Made by a program: the position numbers and the translations under genes. From Camelus dromedarius (taxonomy: Eukaryota), in assembly GCF_036321535.1 (NCBI RefSeq), contig NC_087436.1, positions 60,576,001 to 60,640,000 of the forward strand: 64,000 bases of DNA, given 5' to 3'. The notes under the pieces were generated by a model, which saw only the letters and a program-made list of their open reading frames with translations, was not told the origin of the DNA and searched no databases. Of the stretch, positions 39,298 through 49,642 are shown piece after piece (position 1 is the first letter of the stretch; the number at the start of each line of letters is the position of its first letter).

Positions 39298-39470
39298 CCT
39301 ACCCGTGGAGCAAATCCCAGGACCAAAAGCTTCACTGGTGAATTTTACCAAAAATTTAAAGAATACCAGCTAATTATAATAAATGCCAATTAATTTATTA
39401 TCTAAAACAGTAGAAGAGGGGGGAGAAACCCCTAACTAATTCTATGAGACTATTACCCTCTTACCAGATC
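39200..39470 (+). mobile_element. Old L1 ORF2 internal fragment (sense) with an expanded A27 tract
   Basis: gaagaaatagaaaatcta...ccaggacca..gcttcactggtgaattttaccaaa..tttaaagaa encodes EEIENL..PGP..FTGEFYQ.FKE. A27 at 39271-39297. Confidence 0.8.
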
Positions 39471-40671
39471 ACCAGAAAATGTATTAATTTCTGCAAATGG
39501 AATGATTATCAATATGCCTTTTAATGATGCCATAAAGAATAATACATTGAGATTAAATTATTTGCCTAATTTTTTTACCAATACTTTGGGGTTTCTTTAT
39601 AAACGCATGGCACAATGCTAAATAAACACTATAGAAAATACAATAAGAGTAACTGATAGGACCAGGACACAAGGAGTTTACATTCTAGTAGACTCAATAA
39701 AAATAAATATATTCATTTATATTGACTGCCTTCTTCTATACTGACTGCCTTCTATTTCCCAGGCATCCCAGGGGCAAAAATATACACGATACACAAAAAC
39801 GTTAACATTTTACAGTATTTATGTCAGTCAGGAGAAGCTTTATAGAAGAGGTGGGGGAAGGGGTGGGCAATAAGATAGGCCAAAATAAAGGAGAACATCC
39901 TACCATATCTTAGCTATGTCTGAGGAGCAGTGAGTAATAAAATATGATTCAAGCTCAGAATAGTGACAGATTAAGGCTACTGAGATGGATCGAAGACAAA
40001 TTGTAAAATACTAGAGAAACCTTGCCATGTAAGTTTGTACTTAATTTGGAAAGCAGCTTGAGCTGTTGCAAATAGGTTTGTTTTATAAGCAGGATTCTGA
40101 CATTATTAGAGTTGTTCCTTAGGAGGACTCATCTGGCCACTATGGTTAAGACCATTAAGATTTTTCTTGTGTATGTCATCCAAACATTGTATGGGGAGAG
40201 GAGCTTCGAAATAGTAATAATTGAAGAAGCCCTAGATGAAGATGAAGTTTCCAAATGGGAAAGTAAAAGGAGAGAAAATATGATTTGCCTCGAAATGTCT
40301 TAGTTTCTTTCTAAGAAACCACCTGATTTGGTTCTCACATTTACTGGCAGAAGAAACAAAGCCGGACAGACCAACTAATTTGTCCTCCAGGACTAGGTCA
40401 TATGATTGTTAAATGGCACATCTGAAAGTAGAATTCACATACCCTAACTAACTCTGACCACCACTATAACTCACTTTTATATTTGACAGGAAGACAAAAC
40501 TATTCAAAAGAAAATGATATTGGATGTAGCAGAACTGTTCCAGAACTCTTAGGACTATATAGCCTTTATTCAAAGCAGCAAGCCACGTCCTGTCTCATTT
40601 GCCCTGAGGCCCTGATTACTGGCCCCTTATCCTAAACCTTCACGCTGTCTTTCTGATTTTCCTAATATTAG

Positions 40672-40704
40672 GAAGGGTATCAGGACTACGAACCCGAAGC
40701 CTAA
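40672..40704 (+). CDS. SNCA: Alpha-synuclein terminal exon 6, coding part EGYQDYEPEA-stop, residues 131-140
   Basis: Pyrimidine tract and ttAG| acceptor at 40670-71, then GAA GGG TAT CAG GAC TAC GAA CCC GAA GCC TAA, identical in protein to the human C-terminus. Confidence 0.99.
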   Translation, partial: EGYQDYEPEA

Positions 40705-40815
40705 GAACTATCTTTGCTCCCAGTTTCCTGAGATCTGCTGACATCCTGTACAAGTGCTCAGTTCCAGCGTGCCCAGTCATGACATTTTCTCAAAGTTTTC
40801 ACAGTGTATTTTGAA

Positions 40816-40823
40816 GTCTTCCA
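40816..40823 (+). promoter_or_regulatory. miR-7 8mer target site in SNCA 3'UTR
   Basis: GTCTTCCA is the complement of the miR-7 seed GGAAGAC plus A1. This is an established conserved SNCA site. Confidence 0.9.
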
Positions 40824-40953
40824 TCAGCAGTGATTGGAGTATCTGTACCTGCCCCAACTCAGCATTTCGGTGCTTCCCTCTCACTGAACATATGGTAGCA
40901 GGGTCATTGTGTGCTGTGGATATTGTGGCTTCAAATCTAAAATGTTAAAGCAA

Positions 40954-40959
40954 ATTAAA
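40954..40959 (+). terminator. Candidate proximal polyadenylation signal (ATTAAA)
   Basis: ATTAAA followed by a U/GU-rich tract at about 40999-41020 (ttttttgttgctgttgttg). Confidence 0.65.
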
Positions 40960-41147
40960 AACACCTAAGTGACTACCACTTATTTCTAAATCTTCACTAT
41001 TTTTTTGTTGCTGTTGTTGAAAAATTGTGAGTGATTTACTATCATATATTATAGATTTTAAGGTGTCTTTTAATGATTCTGTCTAAGAATAATGATGTAT
41101 TGTGCAATTTGTTAATATATACAATACTTAAACATGTGAGCATGAAA

Positions 41148-41154
41148 CTATGCA
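41148..41154 (+). promoter_or_regulatory. miR-153 7mer-m8 target site in SNCA 3'UTR
   Basis: CTATGCA is the complement of the miR-153 seed UGCAUAG. Established SNCA site. Confidence 0.85.
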
Positions 41155-41324
41155 CCTATAAATATTAACTATAAAATTTTATTGTTTTGTGATGTTTTAT
41201 TAACTCGTGTTTTCATAAAAATTGTGACAGCTAAAATGTTACGTCATTACGAAAATCTTTCTATCCCATCTCACTTTAATGATAAAAATCATGCTTATAA
41301 ACAACATGAAATGAGAAGTGACAC

Positions 41325-41330
41325 AATAAA
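41325..41330 (+). terminator. Candidate polyadenylation signal (AATAAA)
   Basis: First canonical AATAAA seen after the stop codon. GATAAA variant at 41281-86 and a further AATAAA at 41829-34. Confidence 0.55.
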
Positions 41331-44084
41331 ATATAAAGTCCTTGCCAGCCATTTGATGAAGAAGGAATTTTAGACGTGTTAAAAAGGCCAGATGGAACAT
41401 TAACCCTCTACCTTGGGAATTCCCTGAAACCACCACCACCCAATGTTCTGATGGCACTGGTGCCTTAAGAGGCTCTACTAAAAAAAGTGAGTTCCATGGA
41501 CTAGAGAAGTGATTTTGAGTACATCCCCTTAAGATATTCATACGACACATTACCATTTCATGCATTAAAGACTCTGAGGGAACCTGGTTAACTTTAACCC
41601 AGCATTTTCTTTTTCTTCTTTTTTTAAATCAAATCTTTTTCCTTCTAGGAAATACCTTTAAGCATTTCTGAGAACTACCAGAGAATCACCTTAAAAATGT
41701 CAGCTCTCTAGATTTTATGAAAATCTCCTACTCCTTTAAATTTTGCTAGATATATAAATTATAGGATATTTCTTTAGGAAAGATTTTTCTACTTAGGAAA
41801 TGTCTGTTAACTCCCCATGGGTGCTGACAATAAATGTGAATGTCAAAAGACCTGTATAAATCAATTATTTAGTTTGTCTTTTTAATTATTCAGGAGAAAA
41901 ATGGCAGAGTCCCTTTAAAAAATCACCAGTAGAAAGCAGAATTTTTAGACAGAATATTCTAGAAGCGCTAGGCACATTCTATGTAGTCATGAGTAATCTG
42001 ATGTATATTAGGAATTGGCAAGGAAGGAAGACAGAATGAATATAATGACTATAAGCATGATCACCATAGAAGCTTCCTTTTTTACCTAATTGGAAAGAGA
42101 CTACCAAGTGTTAAGCTGCCTGTGCAGTCTTAAGCTGGAGAGACGTGGTTAAGTCTCTTATTTCATTTAGATGTGTTAATGAGTATTCCTAAACCACATG
42201 GAACAGTAAAATCTTTTGTACAACAAGCATTCTATTCTAGTACTAATATGAGCATAAAAAATGCCATAGGAAGATATATACCATAGTGGTTGTCCTGAAC
42301 CAAGCATTTAAACAAAAAGTTGCACAAGGGAAGAAGCCTTTTCAGGAAGATGGTCTCACAGCCACTGCTGAGACAACCTGACCTGAGGGCTAGTCTGCTC
42401 CTAGGTTTAATTTGCAGACATCAGTCCCCTGAGTCTGATTTATTCAGCCTCATATGTTTCATGAGGTCTTCAGCAAAACAGGTCAAGAAGAGCTTTGGCA
42501 CACGACTGGCAGCACAACAATCTAATATATGGTTTAGCATTCCAAGTCAGAGCTTCCTTGGTCGCCCCACCAGTATGAGATGCAAATATATTCCTCATCC
42601 TTCTGGCTCATCCAGTGGGTAACTATTGGATCAACCACACACAGATGTACACACAGACACACAGACACAGGCTTCAAGGACAACCATTAGTTCTCAGGGA
42701 CAGTGCTGTCCACATCCATACTGAGGAAGAAAAACAGTTTTCTAACTACAAACTTGACAGATTCCTCTGTCGACTGCACTGACAGTACTCTGCATCCTGG
42801 GGTGCGTTCATCCTACTGTGTTCTGTCTTGAGCGGGAGCACAACAGAGCTGGCACTTCCCTGTTTGCCCTGTCCCTGGAATCTGAATTGAAGATACTTTT
42901 TTTTTTTTTTCTCACTGTGTCAAATATAGAGGTAAGTGATTTGTCAATACTAACTCAAAAGTGATACTCATGTGTATGGAGATATATTTCTAATTCTAGG
43001 AGAAATTAGCCAGCTCCTGATTACTCTGACTGATCCTTCCTTATAACTAAACTACGCATATCCTGTCACAAGAACTAAGTTATCTATTTTAGTGAAAGAT
43101 AAAAATATTATTATAATAGTAGTCACAATAAAGCAGGCTGTGTCATTTCCCTGTTGCATCATGTGTACTTAGCTTCTGTCAAATGGCAAAAAAATACATA
43201 TATATAAAGTATAACTAAAATTGTTCAATTTTACATTTTTATAATGTAATGACTGAATTTATAAATGAATAAACTAGAAAGGGCATGAATTAATAATTTG
43301 TATTTTTAAATTATGTTAACATCTTAACATTTTATAAGAAGCTTTGACTTTCTAGGTGTATATTTTTTTGATATAGTAATACTGTATTTTATCCTTTGAG
43401 TAAGCCTAGATTTGAAGAATCCGAATGCAATAGAATAGATATAACACAGAAACTATTCCTAAATATTATTTTAGTTTCAACATCTCTTATACAATTATCT
43501 AAGATTTTTTTAATGTTTCTTTGCTGCTACAACAATATCTTTGATCATTTAAAATCCAATAGTTCAGATGGTATATTGGAAGCAGCTAAAAAAGCATTCT
43601 TTCAAAAAGTCCAGCTTGAGCCTCTAGTAATTTTGCTGATATAATATACTTCTAAAGTCAGGTAGGATTGCATAGGGGATTTCCAAAGTTGATCCTGCAA
43701 CTATAGTTAATATACTGGGATAACTCTTCTCATGAACCTTATGAAAATGTATTCTTAGATTCCCTTAAAGGTCAGTGACCAGAAATCCCCACTGTTTCTA
43801 TGGCAACACAGCAAGATATGGTGCCTTGGAAATGTGCTGCATTTTAATTAGGAGTTCCTCTAGGGCCTCCTAACAGCCTTTTGCAGGTAAACTAAATACC
43901 AAGTTGCTTTATATCTCACAGTGAGATGAAGGCTAGCCCATCTGTAAATGTCAAAGCTAAGCTGCGATCCAGTAAAGCCAAATTTAAACAAATACAGTCA
44001 CAAGTCTATGTGCTTATCTTACAAAAGACTATAGTACTCTTTACCTAAAATAATCAGGGATGCTTGCCTAATTAAGCTGGCAGG

Positions 44085-44385
44085 AGGAGTAGTGAGGATC
44101 CTGGATTCTAAAACTAGACAATGTAGGTTTTGTTTGTTTGTTTGTTTGTATATCACTTATTTAGACTATGTAGGTTTGACTCCCAGTTACGTCATTTGCT
44201 ACCTATGTTACTTTGAGTAAGTCATTTAATGTCTTGGTGCTTCTGTTTCCTTGTCTGTAAAAATGCAGATGATAATAGTACCTCACAGCATTGTTGTGTG
44301 GATTAAATGAGTTAATATAAGTAGAATGCTTAGGACTCTGACTGGCCTATGGTAAGTAATCAATAAATCAGTGATGCTATAGTAG
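44085..44385 (+). mobile_element. MIR SINE interrupted by a 31-bp insertion
   Basis: Clear MIR core (ctttgagtaagtcatttaat..ttctgtttccttgtctgtaaaaatg..gataatagtacctca..ttgttgtgtggattaaatgagttaat). Confidence 0.88.
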
Positions 44386-44520
44386 CAGTAGTGCAAGAAA
44401 TGGTGGTAGAGGTGGTGGTAGTAGTAGTAAAGAACACTGTATTTTTAAATGTAAATAAGAAATACATATTTAAATGTTTAGATAATTCATTTATACCACC
44501 TCTTAATATAAAACAGTTAT

Positions 44521-46353
44521 AATAGCCAATGCAATCTTGAAAAAGAAGAACAAAGCTGGAGGCACCATACTCCCTGATTTTAAACTATATTACAAAACTA
44601 TAGTAGTCAAAGCATCAAGGCACTACATAAAAACAGACACATAGACCAATGAATGGAACAGAATAGAGAGCCCAGAAATAAACCCATGCATATATGATCA
44701 GTTAATTTACAACAAAGAAGCCAAAAATATATAGGGAAGGGAAAAGATAGTCTCTTCAATGAATGGTGTTGGGAAAACTATACAGCCACACGGCAAAGAA
44801 TGAAGCTGGCCCATTATCTTACACCAAATGCAAACACTAGCTCAAAATGGATTAAAGACTTGACTGTGAGACCTGAAACTATAAAACTCCAGGAAGAAAA
44901 CATAAGCAGTAAGGCCTTGATAATCAGTCTTGGCAAAGATATTTTGAATTTGACATCAAATGTAATAAAAGCAAAAATAAATGAGACCACAAGAAACTAA
45001 AAAGCTTCCACATAGCTAAGGAAACCATCAACAAAATGAAAAAGCAATCTACTGAATTGGAGAAAATATTTGCAAACTATGTATCTGATAAGGGGTTAAT
45101 ATTCAAAATAAAGATTCATACAGCTCAATAGCAAAAACCAAATAATTCAATTAAAAATTGGGCAGAACATCTGAACAGGCATTTTTCCAAATAAGACATA
45201 CAGATGGCCAACAAGTACAAGAAAATTTGCTCAATATCACTGATCATCAGGGAATGCAAATCAAAACCACAATGAGATATCACCTCACATCTATTATGTT
45301 ATTATCAAAAAGACAAGAGATAAGTGTTAGCAAGAATGTGGAGAAAAGGGAATCCTTGTGCACTTTTGGTGAGAATGTAAATTGGTGTAGCCACTATGAA
45401 AAATACTATGGAAGTTCTTCAAAAAATTAAAAATAGAGCTACCATAAGATCCAGCAATCCCACTTCTGGGTATTTACTCAAAGAAAACAAAAACACTAAC
45501 TCGAAAAGATAGATGCATCTCTATATTCATAGGAGCATAATTTACAGTAGCTTAGATATGGAAGCAACCTAAGTGTCAATTAATGGATAAATGGATAAAA
45601 AAAAATTTGGTATGTACAGTTGACTCTTGAACAACAGGGGTTTGAACTGTGGGAGTCCACTTATATGTGGCTTTTTTTCAATAGTAAGCACTATAGTATT
45701 ACATGATCCACAATTGGTTGAATCCACGGATGCGCAATTGAGGATACGGAGGGCTGATTACAAGTTATACACAAATCTTCGACTATGCAGAGGATGGGCG
45801 CCCCTAACCCTTGCACTGTTCAAGGGTCAACTACACATATAATGGCATGCTATCCAGCTATAATGAAGAAGGAAATCTTTCCATTTGTGAAAGCATAGTA
45901 TCGTCAAGGTCCATTCATGTTAAGTCAAATGTGTCAGACAGAAAAAGACAAATACTGCATGATCTCACTTATGTGTGGAATCTTTAAAAAAAAAAAAAAA
46001 AGCCCTGGAGCTCATAGAGAATAAATAGGTGGTTGTCAGAGGTGGCAAGTCACTGGAGGTTAGGGGCACTGGGCAAAATGGATGAAGGAGGTCACAAAAG
46101 GTACAAACTTCCAATTATAAAATAAATTAAGTCATGGGGATGTAATGTACAGCCTGGTGACTACAGTTAATAATATTATGTAAATTTGAAAGTTGCTGAA
46201 AGAATAGATTGTAAAAGTTCTCATTACAAGAAAAAAAATGTGGTAATGAATGTTCACTAGACTTACTGTGATCATTTCACAACATATACAAATATAGATT
46301 ATATTATACACCTGAAACTAATATGATGCTATATGCCAATTATATCTAAATAA
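44521..46353 (+). mobile_element. 5'-truncated L1 (L1MA9-like 3'UTR) with TSD, carrying a nested Tigger MITE
   Basis: ORF2 C-terminal remnants ([12 protein letters not shown]) and L1MA-type 3'UTR. TSD ataaaacagttat (44508-20) / ataaaacagtaat (46354-66). Confidence 0.93.
45617..45833. mobile_element. Tigger2-family MITE (217 bp) nested in L1
   Basis: TIRs cagttgactcttgaaca / tgttcaagggtcaacta, preceded by TA at 45615-16. Confidence 0.9.
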
Positions 46354-46696
46354 ATAAAACAGTAATTAGGATTGGGTTGATGGTAGAGATACTTCAGAGA
46401 CTTGAGCTGAGACTATTTACTAATAGCTATGGGACGATTTTGGTGGTTTAATAACCAGTATGGACATTCATAGCACCTTACTTAGCACCAAAAAGGTTAA
46501 GAAAGCATTACTTACTTAGAGGTAAATAAGCACCAAGTCCATAAACACTATTTTTATGGAACACACATCTATCTTTAGACTCAGCTATACTCATCAGGTC
46601 ACACATCTTCACTTCTAAGTAAGATGTGTTCGATGTTTATATGATATACTCATATATCCACTGATTTTGGTTCTGGTCAGTAGAAAAAAATACTTC

Positions 46697-46723
46697 ATAG
46701 ATAGATAGATAGATAGATAGATA
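46697..46723 (+). repeat. (ATAG)n microsatellite
   Basis: Read directly from the sequence. Confidence 0.95.
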
Positions 46724-48587
46724 GGTATAGGTATGTATATAGATATGTATATATACATGTAAAACTCACTAGTCTAAAACAGATTTTTATCAACCACAAA
46801 GGAAAAAAAATAGCCACTTGAATTTCTATTTCCCAAATTTTATTCATTCCCCATTATCTTCCCTGACACTCCTCTCATTTGATAACTCTTATTTTTGACC
46901 CAAATGAGGCAATAGTTTGCATAAGAACATCTGCATTATATGGGAAATAACAAAAATTCCAGCAAGTCATAATGGAAAGATAACATTTGTTTTCTCTTTA
47001 TGTCTCTAGCGAGTCCCTAGGATCATTGCCAAAGAAAAGCGTGTGAGCTGGTAGGATGCCATGATTCTGTGCTGTCAGATCATCCTGTGCAGCATGTTAT
47101 GAAAGTCAATCAGCAGGAAAAGCACACTTGTCCTTTTACCCTCTGGGCTGTTTGAAACAGCTTAGGGAACTAAGTTACAGTAGCAGAAAATTATTATTGA
47201 ATACTATGTTTTCTAACAAAGATCAACTCTTGGGCTAAAAATAACCAGACTAAACCCAGACAGGTGAGCATCTAGAACATATTATTTGTCATATAAGGCC
47301 TGACCCAATTCTCTACGGAAATGGTCAGGGCAAGTCTTGAGAGGCTGCCAAGCATTTGTAATTCAGCAGGACTGACTCCTGCTGTTGAAGATGGAGTGCC
47401 ATGTTGAATGATGAGAAATCTGGCAAGTCTTCTTGGTACATTTCCCTAGCTATCAGCCGTGGGCACCCCTTCTGGCTTGGACCAAGCTTTTGACTAAGCC
47501 ATTTGCCTGAGAATGATGAGCAAAAGGGTGAAGCTAAGACAAAAACCTTTTCCACAGTTTTCTTACTGTCATCTAAACCAAAAGAAAACATACTATTCAA
47601 AGCAATGGTACCTTATCTATTATTAATAATTCATACTGAGCTCTGATTATTAATGTTTGGAGAGGAAATGTTGTGGATACTTGGTGTCATTCTGAAAAAG
47701 ATTCTCATACAACACAGTTTTATCTAAGAACAGCTCTGCAAATCAATATTAAGGGGTTTTGATCTAACTGTTTTGTCACTGCCCATGGTGAAAGAGACAT
47801 TCAAATGCTACACTCAGTCTTTTTTTCACCCTCATACCTAGTTCCAGGCCAGTAGGCATAGCTTTTAGTCATTGTATTCATGCCAACAATTCCTGGATGC
47901 ACTAGAAACAGTTTACTCAAACTGTTCGGGAATAACAGGAGTTTCCACATAATAGTCACCATTTTATAGATGATAATTCACATTGACAGTGTGTAATTAT
48001 CTGAATTTCTTGAGGAGATTCTTTACTGACAAACCCCTCCATCCCTGCTTCCACACACCCCATCACCAGCCTAAGATAAACCCACCTTGTAATCATGAAC
48101 ATTTAACTGTGGAATGCATGCTATATGATGTCATTGATGTTTTGATCTTTAACACTTAATACCTATATGTTTCTGATTCTGAATGCATTTTTATTCATAT
48201 CTAACTTACATCCAAAAAACTCAGATCTGATTTACAATAAAAACAAGCAAACAAAAAAATCACATTGGACTATAAAATAAAGTCAAATTTTTAAAAAAAT
48301 TTGAGACATCATTTATAGAGCGTGGAGAAATAAGCCTATTGAGAATATTGTGTGAAATAATACATTTAAACCCTACATTAAGAGCTAAGTTTCTTGGTAG
48401 CCAAATCTGAACGGGAAACACAAAGATTATATAAATTTCAACATCTGCAGAAAGAAGGTATTTTGTTGTTGTTTGTGATTATTTTAATAATTATTATTTT
48501 GCAGAAGAGTGGAAAAGCCATTTTTTCAATTTTTATGTCTAGAACAAACTTATGACCAAACAGCTCTTTTAAAAACATAACACAGTC

Positions 48588-48631
48588 GTCTACAGCCATA
48601 TCACACTGAACGCACCCGATCTCGTCTGTCT
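48588..48631 (+). pseudogene. Tailless 5S rRNA retropseudogene (nt 1 to about 45)
   Basis: gtctacagccatatcacactgaacgcacccgatctcgtctg matches the 5S rRNA 5' end at 37/41. 17-bp TSD at 48571-87 and 48632-48; no poly(A). Confidence 0.95.
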
Positions 48632-49486
48632 AAAAACGTAACACAGTCAAATGGAACCCTTCCAAATCATAACTCCCTATATAGTCAAAGACATTCATAT
48701 CCAGACTCTCCTGAGGAAGAAACAGTGAAAGTCCTCAGCCATCCTAAGGACTGGGCAAACCACACTGACTTCCCCTTTAATGCAGGTCCACATTATGGCC
48801 AGAATGGACAGGGACAGATGCTTTCTTTGTCAGCTCTTCTAGATTTCTGGAAGCAATGAGGAAAAGCCCCAAGTGCTGCCTCCCCAGTGACAGAATTAAA
48901 AACATTACTTTTCCTTAAGAGAAAGGCCCAGTCGAGTGATCCGTACAAATTGTGAAGGGGCTTCATGACATTCAGGTAGACAAGGCTCAGATCCTTTGTG
49001 GTACAGAACATATTGGAAGAAAAAACATTCTGAAATTTACTCATCTGTGGGATGAAGGAAATGCTGGGAAGAAATCTACATATACAGGCAATGGGGAAAA
49101 AACATCCAATAAATGATAACACACTAAAGGTCCAGCAAGAAGTAGCCAGAAGCATGTGGGTGACACACAGCCGTAGGAATGAGAACAAGTACTGCCCATC
49201 CAGGCAGCATCAGGGAACTCTCGCAGCACAGAGCCCTCCTCCCACCCAAAGCCAGGGGCTCAGTAGAGGGATTCTGGAGTCTTTGGTGAATTGGCAAGAC
49301 CAAGGTCAGGCTGCAGACCAAAAGGCTGGAGTTCTTAAGAGAATAAAAATAAGCTCTACTTAAGATGCCTTATCACCATGTCGACTGCGTAGTCCAAAAT
49401 TTCAGCCTTGACTCAGAGGCATTTGGCAAGGTAATCAGCTAAGCTCTTGCCATGCTCTTGATACTTCGAAAAATTTAAAGAGGTTT

Positions 49487-49642
49487 GTTTTTTTTTTGAG
49501 TCTATTTCTTTTTATTTTTTTTTAAATTTCATACAATTTTATAGGTTACTTTCCATTTACAGTTATTACAAGATACTACCTGCCTTTTAGATTCCACATA
49601 TAAGTGATATCATACAGTATTTATCCTTCTCTGTCTGACTTA
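49487..49642 (-). mobile_element. Short internally deleted L1 3' end
   Basis: Poly-T, ggttactttccatttacagttattacaa, ttagattccacatataagtgatatcatacagtattt. Degenerate flanking repeat (aaatttaaagaggttt / aaattgaaaggttt). Confidence 0.75.

Larger units (their letters stand above)
38609..40671 (+). other. SNCA: SNCA intron 5 (2063 bp, GT-AG)
   Basis: Bounded by the exon 5 donor and exon 6 acceptor. Confidence 0.98.
40705..41350 (+). other. SNCA: SNCA proximal 3'UTR (3' end approximate; longer isoforms possible)
   Basis: Colinear with the human SNCA 3'UTR as recalled (TATCTTTGCTCCCAGTTTC..., CACCTAAGTGACTACCACTTATTTCTAAATC...). AATAAA at 41325-41330. Confidence 0.85.

Noticed and set aside
41239..41565. 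108-aa antisense ORF over the 3'UTR
   Set aside because: No homology or promoter/splice support; chance ORF.
48588..48631. Possible functional 5S rRNA gene
   Set aside because: Only about 45 of about 120 nt are present; it lacks the internal promoter and terminator.
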